DNA of 60,676 bases. Origin: Spirochaetia bacterium. Lineage in GTDB: Bacteria; Spirochaetota; Spirochaetia; CADAEX01. Where the stretch lies: contig JAVEZE010000001.1 of NCBI GenBank assembly GCA_034003145.1, positions 1 to 60,676 on the forward strand. Direction: 5' to 3'. This document shows, in pieces, positions 1 through 8,314 of this stretch; position 1 is the first letter of the stretch, and the number at the start of each line of letters is the position of its first letter. The position numbers and the translations under genes were made by a program. The notes under the pieces were generated by a model, which was given only the letters and a program-made list of their open reading frames with translations, ran no database searches and was not told where the DNA came from.

Positions 1-928
1 TATTTAAGTCTTCATGGGATTCATGGGCAATTGCGCCGAATACATACTGACCTATAGCGCTTGAACAAAGGTTTGCAGTGTTTTCAGCTACAGCTTTTGT
101 GTGGAATTCTTCATTGTCTGTTATAAGAGCGCCTATCCTGAGTCCGCAGCAGTTCCATACCTTGGAAGTTGTTTCTATGCTGATCCTTCTTCCTTCAATT
201 CCAGGGACATCCTTATCAGTGATTCCCCAGATACTGCTCACTTTTTCGCCGCTGTAAAGAAGTTCTCTGTATGCCTCATCGCTTACCATCCACATATTGT
301 GTTTTACGCAAAGCCGGGCAAGAGATATCATTGCTTCCTTGTTATAAAAATGGCCTGTAGGGTTATCATAGGGGATTACAATCATAACTCCCGGGTTGTT
401 TTTTGTTATTACCTTTTCAATCTCTTCCATATCAGGAAGTGAAAATTTACCATTCTTTTCTAGTTTTCGTTTGACAGAAACGCTTTTTCTTCCAACCCTG
501 TCTTTCATGGAAAGATAGTTTGTGTAGGCAGGGTCAATAAGCAGTATAGGTTTTTCATCACTCCCTGCAGGGCCGCATATTCCAAGTATAATAATCTCCA
601 TAGCCTGGCTTCCGCCGTCTGTAATCTGGGAATAAAGCCCTTCTGTTTTAAAGCCGCCTGATGCTATGACATTCAAAAAAGCATCATTGGTTTCTTTCAT
701 CCCGACAGTAGCTGTATACTTTACAACTCCCTCTTTAAAAGGTGAGTCCGGCCCGTCAAGATTAAACATCCTCTTCTGCATCGCAGGGTGAGTCGGCAGG
801 GTTACATTCCCTATCGCGGTATTTATCTCTTTTACCTTATCTTTTCTTTTGGCAAATTCAATCTGTGACATCCTTATTGCCGAAGGTTTCCTGGCCTGAA
901 AATAAACTGACATCTGCGGTTTATTCAT
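1..928 (-). CDS. class I/II PLP-dependent aminotransferase, N-terminal ~309 codons (C-terminus lies beyond the left edge)
   Basis: My own minus-strand translation from ATG 926-928 gives MNKPQMSVYFQARKPSAIRMSQIEF.... SKVWNCCGLRIG fits the SKxxxxxGxRxG PLP-lysine motif. GGAGG RBS at 934-938. Absent from the ORF track because no stop lies in the window. Confidence 0.8.
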   Translation of the reverse strand, partial: MNKPQMSVYFQARKPSAIRMSQIEFAKRKDKVKEINTAIGNVTLPTHPAMQKRMFNLDGPDSPFKEGVVKYTATVGMKETNDAFLNVIASGGFKTEGLYSQITDGGSQAMEIIILGICGPAGSDEKPILLIDPAYTNYLSMKDRVGRKSVSVKRKLEKNGKFSLPDMEEIEKVITKNNPGVMIVIPYDNPTGHFYNKEAMISLARLCVKHNMWMVSDEAYRELLYSGEKVSSIWGITDKDVPGIEGRRISIETTSKVWNCCGLRIGALITDNEEFHTKAVAENTANLCSSAIGQYVFGAIAHESHEDLN

Positions 929-990
929 GATTTCCTCCTGTCTCTAAAAAGAGTTTATCAACTTTTTCCATTATTTTTGCTATATAAATC

Positions 991-1045
991 ATTATATCAC
1001 ACATATATTGATAAATAAAGTATTACAAGGCGCATATATTGATAA
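991..1045 (-). promoter_or_regulatory. extended -10 promoter (TGATATAAT, 991-999) plus two 13-nt direct repeats upstream of the aminotransferase gene
   Basis: The minus strand reads TGATATAAT about 60 nt upstream of the ATG. CATATATTGATAA occurs at 1002-1014 and 1033-1045, spaced 31 bp apart. Confidence 0.5.
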
Positions 1046-1096
1046 TAAATGAATGAAACAACTTGTTTTTTGATGTTTTGACTAAAAACGCTGACT

Positions 1097-1130
1097 AAAA
1101 AACCGCAGTTTTCACTCTGCGGCTTTTTTT
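1097..1130 (-). terminator. rho-independent terminator after the amino-acid ABC operon (T-runs on both sides)
   Basis: Stem CCGCAG (1103-1108) / CTGCGG (1117-1122) with an 8-nt loop. It is flanked by A6 (1097-1102) and T7 (1124-1130) and lies 23 nt past the ATPase stop. Confidence 0.6.
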
Positions 1131-1152
1131 CAGTTCACTTCAAGTGATAATG

Positions 1153-1896
1153 CTAAAGGATGTGCTTGAGAAACTTTTTTGTCCTTTCTTCTTTAGGCTG
1201 GTCAAAGATATCATCAGGCGTGCCGATTTCAATAATCTCACCGCCGTCCATAAATACTACCTTATCAGCCGCTGCTCTCGCGAAACCCATCTCATGGGAT
1301 ACGACAAGCATTGTCATGCCGTCTTTTGCAAGCTGAAGCATGACATCAAGAACCTCTTTAATCATTTCAGGATCAAGCGCGCTTGTCGGCTCATCAAAAA
1401 GCATGACTTTGGGATTCATGGCAAGGGCTCTTGCAATCGCGACTCTCTGCTGCTGTCCGCCTGAAAGCTGATCAGGATAGTTATTTTCCTTATCTGAAAG
1501 ACCAACCCTTGCGAGCAGTTCTCTTCCTTTTTTTTCTGCTGTTTCCTTTGGAATTTTCTTTACTGTCAGCGGCGCAAGAGTCACATTTTCAAGTGCGGTA
1601 AGGTGTGAAAACAGATTGAAACTCTGAAAAACCATTCCAACCTCTTCCCTTATCTTCCGTATATCTGATTTATTATTTGTCAAAAGATCGTCATCAACCC
1701 AGATATCTCCCGAGGTAAGGTTTTCAAGCCTGTTTACACTGCGAAGCAATGTACTTTTCCCGCTTCCGGAAGGGCCAATTATAAGGACAACTTCCCCGAT
1801 TTTTACTTCAAGGTTGACATTTTTCAACGCAACTACTTTATCAAAATTTTTTGATGCATTTTCTATTCTTACTCTTGTTTTGTTGTTAATTTTCAC
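1153..1896 (-). CDS. polar amino acid ABC transporter ATP-binding protein (GlnQ/HisP-like)
   Basis: Walker [10 protein letters not shown], signature [15 protein letters not shown] and Walker [12 protein letters not shown]. Overlaps the upstream permease by 11 nt. Confidence 0.9.
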   Translation of the reverse strand: MKINNKTRVRIENASKNFDKVVALKNVNLEVKIGEVVLIIGPSGSGKSTLLRSVNRLENLTSGDIWVDDDLLTNNKSDIRKIREEVGMVFQSFNLFSHLTALENVTLAPLTVKKIPKETAEKKGRELLARVGLSDKENNYPDQLSGGQQQRVAIARALAMNPKVMLFDEPTSALDPEMIKEVLDVMLQLAKDGMTMLVVSHEMGFARAAADKVVFMDGGEIIEIGTPDDIFDQPKEERTKKFLKHIL

Positions 1897-2671
1897 GTCT
1901 TACCAGCTTTTCTTCCATTATTGCCACAAGCCGTGACAAAAACAGGGTTATAATAAGGTACACAAGAGCTACTATTGTGTAGCTCTCGAAATACATAAAT
2001 GATGTTGATGCATATTCCCTTCCGCGTCTTAGCAGGTCCGATACAGCAAGGATTGAAACAAGAGATGAATCTTTTAAGAGAGCTATAAATTCATTGCCGA
2101 TCGGGGGGAGTATCACTTTGACTGTCTGGGGCAGTATTACCTTCCACAGAGCCTGTCCCCTGGAAAGACCAAGCGCAAGAGCTGCTTCCATCTGCCCCCT
2201 CGGGATTGCAAGTATACCTGCCCTGAATATCTCTCCCATGTATGCTCCGTAGCACACAGCCATGGCAATTACAGCTGAGGCAAGGCGGGGAACCTGAACA
2301 ATTTTACCAAGCGCGTAATAGATATAAAAAAGCTGTACAAGAAGCGGAATCCCTCTTATAACCTCAACATAAACAGTTGCGATCCGGTTGAAAATAGTTA
2401 CTCTTGAGATCCGGCCCAGCCCTGTAAGCAGTCCTATAAAAAACGACAGCACAATAGACAGTACTGTCACCTGAAAAGTCGCAACAATCCCGTCTGGTAT
2501 GAATTTCAGAATATATAAATAGGGGTCAGGTTTGACAATGGGAAGAATAATCAGTAGAGATATTGCCCCGAAAAAGGCAATTTTCCATGCTGAAAATATG
2601 GATTTCTCGCCTTTATCCGGGATCAACGTACCGTCTGTTACTTCAAAACGGGGAGTTTTTATCTGAGCCAC
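1886..2671 (-). CDS. amino acid ABC transporter permease (His/Glu/Gln/Arg/opine family)
   Basis: 261-aa polytopic protein. The EAA-type loop [21 protein letters not shown] is typical of HisM/GlnP permeases. Overlaps both neighbouring genes. Confidence 0.85.
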   Translation of the reverse strand: MAQIKTPRFEVTDGTLIPDKGEKSIFSAWKIAFFGAISLLIILPIVKPDPYLYILKFIPDGIVATFQVTVLSIVLSFFIGLLTGLGRISRVTIFNRIATVYVEVIRGIPLLVQLFYIYYALGKIVQVPRLASAVIAMAVCYGAYMGEIFRAGILAIPRGQMEAALALGLSRGQALWKVILPQTVKVILPPIGNEFIALLKDSSLVSILAVSDLLRRGREYASTSFMYFESYTIVALVYLIITLFLSRLVAIMEEKLVRREN

Positions 2672-3417
2672 TTGTCTTCAAGCTCTTCTGCTTTTCCTGA
2701 GTCTATGACTTTTTTCAGTCCCGCATTTATGATATCAAGAACTTCCTTGTTCCCTTTTTTCACAGCCACGCCGTAGTATTCATCTGTAAAAGGAACACCT
2801 ACTATTTTGAGGCTTTTCTTGTATTCTTCGTTCTGGAGTACAAAATCAGCTGCGATGGGAGCATCAGCTACAACACCTGCGATTCTTCCGTTTGCAAGAT
2901 CTGCAATCGCAAGCCCGATTTCATCGTAGGTTTTAAGAATAACGCCTTCTGTATTCTGGATTTCGATAGCTCCGGTTGTTCCGATCTGGGCGCCTACATC
3001 CTTCCCTTTCAAATCAGCAAGTAGTGTATCTGTATTATTATCTGCAGATACCATAAGAACCTGTCCAGCGTTAACATAGGGGATTGAGAAATCCATTGTC
3101 TCTTTTCTTTCTTCAGTAATTGTAACTGATGAGCAGACAGCATCATATTCGCCGTTTGCGAGCCCCGCGAATATTCCGTCCCACGCGGTATTTTTAATCA
3201 CTATCTCATAACCGCCTGCCTCGGCTGCGGCATGCATCAAATCAATATTAAATCCGACAAGTTCCTTATTCTCGTCAACAAATTCCATCGGCGGCCATGT
3301 CGCGTCTGATGCAATTGTTATAACCTTTTTTTCTCCTGCTGCCTGCTCTTTTTTTGAACATGAGGCAATTCCGAAAATTAGAACTGCTGCAAGCAGTATA
3401 AGTAAAATCTTTTTCAT
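2659..3417 (-). CDS. amino acid ABC transporter substrate-binding lipoprotein (SBP family 3)
   Basis: Signal peptide with lipobox GIASC. Family-3 blocks DATWPPMEF, GFNIDL and DFSIPY. Confidence 0.85.
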   Translation of the reverse strand: MKKILLILLAAVLIFGIASCSKKEQAAGEKKVITIASDATWPPMEFVDENKELVGFNIDLMHAAAEAGGYEIVIKNTAWDGIFAGLANGEYDAVCSSVTITEERKETMDFSIPYVNAGQVLMVSADNNTDTLLADLKGKDVGAQIGTTGAIEIQNTEGVILKTYDEIGLAIADLANGRIAGVVADAPIAADFVLQNEEYKKSLKIVGVPFTDEYYGVAVKKGNKEVLDIINAGLKKVIDSGKAEELEDKWLR

Positions 3418-3568
3418 CCGTAATACTCCTTATTTTATGTTTAATTGATAAATAAACACATGTTTTATTTTTACATATACAATTGAGAATAGTCAAGTTT
3501 TTAGATTATAAGAAGCATAAATAACGTTACTAATTGAACTAATAAATGGATTATGTTAGTTTTTAGCC

Positions 3569-4606
3569 ATGTCTGCATTTATCTCAATTGGAATTATACT
3601 CTTGTTTTTGTTCGCAGGCATGGCTGCGGCAAAAATTAATATTCTCCCTGACGGCAGGGTCTTCAATTCCCTGATAAATATTTCACTTTTTCTCCTCCTT
3701 TTCTTCATGGGATTCAGGATAGGAAGAAATGAAGAAATTGGGAAAGCGTTAAAAACCATAGGTATTGTTTCCATAACTTTTGCCGCTGCATCGGTTGCCG
3801 GAACTGTTATTGTTCTTTTCATAATTTTTTCTGTTCGGGATTATTTCCGGGGGAAAAAAAGAGATGTGCCTCCCGCTTATGACGAAAAATCCAAAGCTGA
3901 CAGAAAGATTGAAAGCTGGGAAGAAGCTGCAAATATCACCCAAAGATCTGATGCTGCATCTGATTCCATCAAAAACAGCAGCAAAGACGAAAGCTTTCTC
4001 CACCATTTAAAAGAGCCGCTTAAACTTGTAGCTTATGTAATTGCCGGTTTTGCATCCGGCTGGCTGATAAAGATTTATCCCTTATTTACAGGTTCGCACC
4101 TCACTACATGGCTTTTGTACCTGCTTTTGTTCTTAATCGGCGCCCAGCTTATAAAGAATAATATAAGCCTGAAAGAGACACTTGCCCACCCTGAGACTGT
4201 ATTGCTGCCGCTTGGGACAATAATAGGCTCGCTGCTTGGAGGGCTTGCTGCCGCCCCGCTTCTTATGATAACCCCGGGAAAAGCGCTTGCGCTTGTATCA
4301 GGGTTCGGCTGGTATTCTCTGTCCGGTGTTATAATCACCGATATGGGAGATCCTGTGCTTGGTTCGGCAGGGTTTCTGATAAACCTGATGAGGGAAAGTA
4401 TCGCCCTTGTTACAATCCCGTTTATCGCACAGACAAGGTATCCCAATATCGCGATAGGTGTCGCGGGGGCGACAAGCATGGATGTAACACTGCCTCTTAT
4501 TGAAAAAAGCTGCGGCGATGAGATAGTGCCGCTTTCAATTTCAAGCGGCGCTATTTTATCGCTGACAGTCCCTGTTCTGGTGCCGATTTTTTTCCAGGCA
4601 GGATAA
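3569..4606 (+). CDS. lysO: LysO (YbjE/DUF340) family lysine exporter-like membrane protein
   Basis: The C-terminal half carries SGFGWYSLSG, GSAGF, GATSMDVTLP and ILSLTVPVLVP, which match blocks of E. coli LysO as I recall them. It has an extra hydrophilic linker of about 60 aa mid-protein. Confidence 0.75.
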   Translation: MSAFISIGIILLFLFAGMAAAKINILPDGRVFNSLINISLFLLLFFMGFRIGRNEEIGKALKTIGIVSITFAAASVAGTVIVLFIIFSVRDYFRGKKRDVPPAYDEKSKADRKIESWEEAANITQRSDAASDSIKNSSKDESFLHHLKEPLKLVAYVIAGFASGWLIKIYPLFTGSHLTTWLLYLLLFLIGAQLIKNNISLKETLAHPETVLLPLGTIIGSLLGGLAAAPLLMITPGKALALVSGFGWYSLSGVIITDMGDPVLGSAGFLINLMRESIALVTIPFIAQTRYPNIAIGVAGATSMDVTLPLIEKSCGDEIVPLSISSGAILSLTVPVLVPIFFQAG

Positions 4607-4685
4607 GCAGCAAAGAAATGCAGCTGCCGCCAGAAACTATTACAGATTATCAAACCGGTTTCACAGGAATTCCAGGAGGATAAAC

Positions 4686-5615
4686 ATGGATCAGGTTCTA
4701 TGCATCGGAAACACATCCTATGATATAACAGCCTATTTTGAAAAATATCCTGAGGAAAACTCAAAATACATGACACAGGATTTTAATGAATGCAGCGGAG
4801 GCCCTGCCGCGAACGCCTCAGCACTTCTTGCCGAATGGGGGCTTGATGCCGCATTCATCGGAGTAACAGGAGATGATATTTACGGAGAACTTATTGAAAA
4901 GGAACTTTCACAGAAAGGGGTAGACTGCAGCGGCATGATAAAAAGAATAGGGACAAAGACTCCTCTTTCAATTATCATTGTAAACCTTGAAAATGGAAGC
5001 AGGACACTTATAAACAGGAACAAACTTGAACAGACAGGCATCCAGGCATCACAGGGGCTTAAAAAATACAACCCTTCTGTCCTTCTTTTTGACGGGTATG
5101 AACTTGAAACCGCGCTTGAATCGATAAAAATGTTTCCAGGCGCAAAAACAATACTTGACGCAGGCTCGCTCAGAAAAGAGACAGAGATTCTTGCATCCAG
5201 AGTTGATTACCTTGTATGTTCAGAGCGTTTTGCCTCTTCTGTCTCTGGAATTGAAAACATAAAGGAAAATTCCGGTTACACCAGGGCATTTAAGGCGCTA
5301 AAAGGTTTAAACAAAAACAATATAGTAATTACCATGGGCGAAGAGGGAATGGTTTTTGAAAAAGAAGGAGAAGACTCTGGAGTTACCCGCCTTGACGCAT
5401 TCAAAGTCAAGGCAGTAGACACGACAGGGGCCGGGGATATATATCACGGCGCATTCGCGTGGTGCCTGACTCAAGGCTATAGCCTTGAAAAAACCATTGT
5501 TTTTTCAGCCGCGGCCTCGGCTCTCTCTGTACAGAAGAGAGGGGGAATTACTTCAATCCCCTCTCTGGCAGAGGTAAGGGAATTTCTTGGAAAACAAGAT
5601 CAGGGTAATTGGTAG
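4686..5615 (+). CDS. PfkB-family carbohydrate kinase (ribokinase-like), substrate unknown
   Basis: PfkB signature DTTGAGDIYHGAF near the C-terminus and an N-terminal GG motif (CSGGPAANA). AGGAGG RBS 6 nt upstream. Confidence 0.85.
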   Translation: MDQVLCIGNTSYDITAYFEKYPEENSKYMTQDFNECSGGPAANASALLAEWGLDAAFIGVTGDDIYGELIEKELSQKGVDCSGMIKRIGTKTPLSIIIVNLENGSRTLINRNKLEQTGIQASQGLKKYNPSVLLFDGYELETALESIKMFPGAKTILDAGSLRKETEILASRVDYLVCSERFASSVSGIENIKENSGYTRAFKALKGLNKNNIVITMGEEGMVFEKEGEDSGVTRLDAFKVKAVDTTGAGDIYHGAFAWCLTQGYSLEKTIVFSAAASALSVQKRGGITSIPSLAEVREFLGKQDQGNW

Positions 5616-5648
5616 TTATCCCGTATTGCGGGTAAGCTGCATCCTTTA

Positions 5649-6347
5649 TTAAAATTCAATATCCGGGTAATTGGTAATTATACCGTCGCATCCGGCATCT
5701 GTCAGCACTCTTGCATATCCGGCATCATTAACCACCCATGGATATATTTTTATATTATTATCATGAAGCTCATTTATTAGATCAGCATCAGCATAATAAA
5801 AAACAGGATGGAGGCTGTAGCATCTGAAGCTGCTTAGGTATCTCACAGGATTTATCAGCATCGACGCGATTATAAGCGCGGTTTTTATTTCACTGTCAAT
5901 TTTTTCAATTTTTGCGATTGTTTTATGATTGAATGATGAAATTATTACACGCTCTGTCATTCCCATATCCCTTACGCATTTGACAACCTTATCCTCGACT
6001 TCTCTTGTATCTACCGATGTTTTCTTTATCTCAATATTGACTATCTTCCCTTTCGGGACAGCATCAAACGCTTCTTCCAGTGTCGGCAATTTTATCCCGG
6101 CGAATTTGGAGGAAAACCAGCTGCCGGCATCAATCTTCTTTATTTCTGCCATGGTTTTCGATGTAATTAAAGCTTTATCTCCTGTTACTTTTTCAAGGTC
6201 CCAGTCATGGAACAGAAAAAGCTCTCCATCACGGCTCATCTGAACATCAATCTCGATACCGTCCGCTCCAAGTTCAAATGCCTTGTTAATCGCCTCTATT
6301 GTATTGTCCGGGGCATATGCGCTTGCCCCCCTGTGTGCCATTATCAT
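5649..6347 (-). CDS. glycerophosphodiester phosphodiesterase (GDPD family)
   Basis: HRGASAYAPDNT and EIDVQMSRDGELFLFHD motifs. The ORF-track start at 6407 is a TTG followed by 20 unconserved residues. I prefer ATG 6347 (MIMAHRG), but no clear SD supports any candidate start. Confidence 0.8.
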   Translation of the reverse strand: MIMAHRGASAYAPDNTIEAINKAFELGADGIEIDVQMSRDGELFLFHDWDLEKVTGDKALITSKTMAEIKKIDAGSWFSSKFAGIKLPTLEEAFDAVPKGKIVNIEIKKTSVDTREVEDKVVKCVRDMGMTERVIISSFNHKTIAKIEKIDSEIKTALIIASMLINPVRYLSSFRCYSLHPVFYYADADLINELHDNNIKIYPWVVNDAGYARVLTDAGCDGIITNYPDIEF

Positions 6348-6453
6348 GGATTCACAATACAAAATAAGAATATCCCATGTCAAACCCTCTATTGATGAAT
6401 CTTTCAATAAATAATATTCTCACAGAAGCAGTACGACTTCCAACGGAGAGATA

Positions 6454-7260
6454 ATGAAAATCATAGCACCGGTCAGCGAAATACCAAAAGAACTTTGCAA
6501 AAACCTCAAATACCTTTTCGCAGATATTGATGATACAATCACTACCAATGGAAAACTACCTGCTTCAACTTTTGAGGCTATCTGGAAACTTTACAATGCC
6601 GGCATCAAGATCGTACCTGTAACAGGGCGGCCCGCAGGATGGTGCGATCATATAGCAAGGATGTGGCCTGTCGCTGGGGTTGTAGGGGAGAACGGCGCTT
6701 TTTATTATTCCTACAATCCTGATCAAAAAAAGGTCATAAGAAAATATCTTCAAAGCGCTGATGAGAGAAAACAGGGAAGGGTAAAACTTGACAGGATAAA
6801 AGAGCGGGTACTGAATGAGGTACCAAACGCGGGGATAGCATCAGACCAGGAGTTCAGAATCGCGGACCTTGCGATTGATTTTTGCGAAGATGTACCCCCT
6901 TTGAGCCAAAAAGAAATAGACAAAATCTGCAGTATCCTTGATGAGGAGGCCGCAGTTTACAAGATATCAAGCATCCACATAAACTGCTGGTACGGCGATT
7001 ATGACAAGCTTACCTGTTTCAATCTTTTTCTCAAAGATCATACAGGAAAGGAGCTGAAAGCAATGCAGGATTACATACTTTTCGCAGGCGACTCACAGAA
7101 TGATGAGCCTATGTTTGAAGCGCTTAAGCATACAATTGCTGTAGCAAACATCAAAAAGTTCCTCCCGATCATGGAGCATTATCCGGCATATGTCACAGAG
7201 AAGAATGACGCTGATGGTTTTTTTGAGGCTTCTCAGATAATTCTTGCCAAAAGAAAATAA
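6454..7260 (+). CDS. HAD-IIB (Cof/sucrose-phosphatase-like) phosphatase
   Basis: Nucleophile motif FADIDDTIT, motif II VTGRP and motif IV GDSQND. GGAGAG RBS. Confidence 0.8.
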   Translation: MKIIAPVSEIPKELCKNLKYLFADIDDTITTNGKLPASTFEAIWKLYNAGIKIVPVTGRPAGWCDHIARMWPVAGVVGENGAFYYSYNPDQKKVIRKYLQSADERKQGRVKLDRIKERVLNEVPNAGIASDQEFRIADLAIDFCEDVPPLSQKEIDKICSILDEEAAVYKISSIHINCWYGDYDKLTCFNLFLKDHTGKELKAMQDYILFAGDSQNDEPMFEALKHTIAVANIKKFLPIMEHYPAYVTEKNDADGFFEASQIILAKRK

Positions 7261-7305
7261 AAAAAGGGCAGAGATAAATCCGGTATTTCCCGGATCATTC
7301 TGCCC
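7261..7305 (-). terminator. rho-independent terminator after the GHMP-kinase gene, abutting the HAD stop codon
   Basis: Stem GGGCAGA (7266-7272) / TCTGCCC (7299-7305) with an inner CCGG/CCGG pairing. On the minus strand it is followed by a long U-tract (plus strand AAGAAAATAAAAAAA, 7251-7265). Confidence 0.7.
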
Positions 7306-7336
7306 CCTCACTCAACGCCTGAACAGCGACCAGGTA

Positions 7337-8314
7337 TTATTTGAGAATCCTGAACTTTACGTTATCCGCAGCATTGATTCCAAGCTGAGCAGTAATAACA
7401 GGAACACCTTCAGACTCGAATTTTGATGCAATTTTTTTCTGCAAATCAGCATCTTTTACCAGAGCCACCATGTAGCCGCCTTTTCCGCCTCCTGTAAGCT
7501 TTGCCCCGTAAGCGCCCATCTCTATTGACCTTCCGCAAAGCTCAATCAGCCTTTCCTGGCTTAAATCCATTTCAATAAGCAGTTTGTGGTTTTCTGTCAT
7601 GATTTTACCGGCTGATGCAAGATCCCCTGTTTCAATCGCTTTTTTCATTTCATAAACCTGGGATGTAATTTTGCTCATTGTTGTGTAAAAAAGCTCAGGA
7701 TTGTTTTTAATCATATCTTCAACATGCTCATCAAGAAGAGCAGTGTTATATGTAACGCCGCTGTTTGCAAGAACAATATAAAGAGGTTTTGCGGGAACAA
7801 TTCTCTCATACATTTTTTTCCCGTCCCGGATCATGTACATCATGAGCCCTCCGAAAGATGAGGCTGTATTGTCTACACCGCTTGGAATACCGTGGTAGGC
7901 ATGCTCCCCCTCCCAGCCTATATAGTTCTCCTCAAGCGCATCAAGGCCGAGATTAAACTCCCTGTTGCATGCGCGGGCAAATGAAACACTTATCGCGGCG
8001 CTTGCCCCTACACCGCTTCCGGCAAGCAGATCGCCTCCGACAGTAATTTTTATCGGGTTTTTTTTAAGATCAAGCCCCATCACCTTTATCATCTGCTCAT
8101 ACGACCTGTAGCAGGCTTCCTCTTTTTTCTTTTTGTATCCCGGTACTTCAACCCTGTTGTCAACAACTGTAAACCCCCGCCCGCCAAGGCCTGGAGCCTT
8201 TTCAACAATGGTTTCTGTCTGATACGGCAGCGCGGATAATATCGCGGGTACCCCGTTTAAAACAAACTGGTCGCCGATAAGTATAGATTTTCCAAAAGCA
8301 GTCCCTTTACCCAT
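7337..8314 (-). CDS. GHMP kinase, mevalonate-kinase-like
   Basis: N-terminal GKSILIGDQFVL resembles the MVK GKxILxGEHxVV motif, with EH replaced by DQ. ATP loop AGSGVGASAA, HGIPSGVDNTAS and KLTGGGKGG are present. The GGAGG RBS lies inside the upstream gene. Confidence 0.7.
   Translation of the reverse strand: MGKGTAFGKSILIGDQFVLNGVPAILSALPYQTETIVEKAPGLGGRGFTVVDNRVEVPGYKKKKEEACYRSYEQMIKVMGLDLKKNPIKITVGGDLLAGSGVGASAAISVSFARACNREFNLGLDALEENYIGWEGEHAYHGIPSGVDNTASSFGGLMMYMIRDGKKMYERIVPAKPLYIVLANSGVTYNTALLDEHVEDMIKNNPELFYTTMSKITSQVYEMKKAIETGDLASAGKIMTENHKLLIEMDLSQERLIELCGRSIEMGAYGAKLTGGGKGGYMVALVKDADLQKKIASKFESEGVPVITAQLGINAADNVKFRILK

Noticed and set aside
3418-3568. Possible lysine riboswitch upstream of the LysO-like exporter
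   Set aside because: The 150-nt spacer is extremely AT-rich. It has no GC-paired helices of the kind an L-box needs, and it must also house two divergent promoters.
4075-4776. 233-aa ORF on the minus strand
   Set aside because: Most of it lies antisense to the motif-supported LysO-family gene, and its 5' end overlaps the PfkB gene start. It has no recognisable motifs and a composition typical of a shadow ORF.
6348-6407. N-terminal extensions in the ORF track (starts at 6407, 21188, 23048, 27264, 42743, 48835 and 57507)
   Set aside because: Four of the seven extended starts that I checked codon by codon (6407, 23048, 27264 and 57507) are TTG codons or an ATG overlapping the real RBS. Six of the seven precede a downstream ATG with a well-spaced SD, and the added residues are not family-like. 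At 6347 no SD supports any candidate start. Coordinates were trimmed accordingly.
7337-8314. Reading the mevalonate-kinase-like gene as evidence for a mevalonate-pathway operon
   Set aside because: No HMG-CoA synthase or reductase, phosphomevalonate kinase, decarboxylase or IPP isomerase gene is in the window. The unit is bounded by terminators and contains only the DHH gene as a partner.
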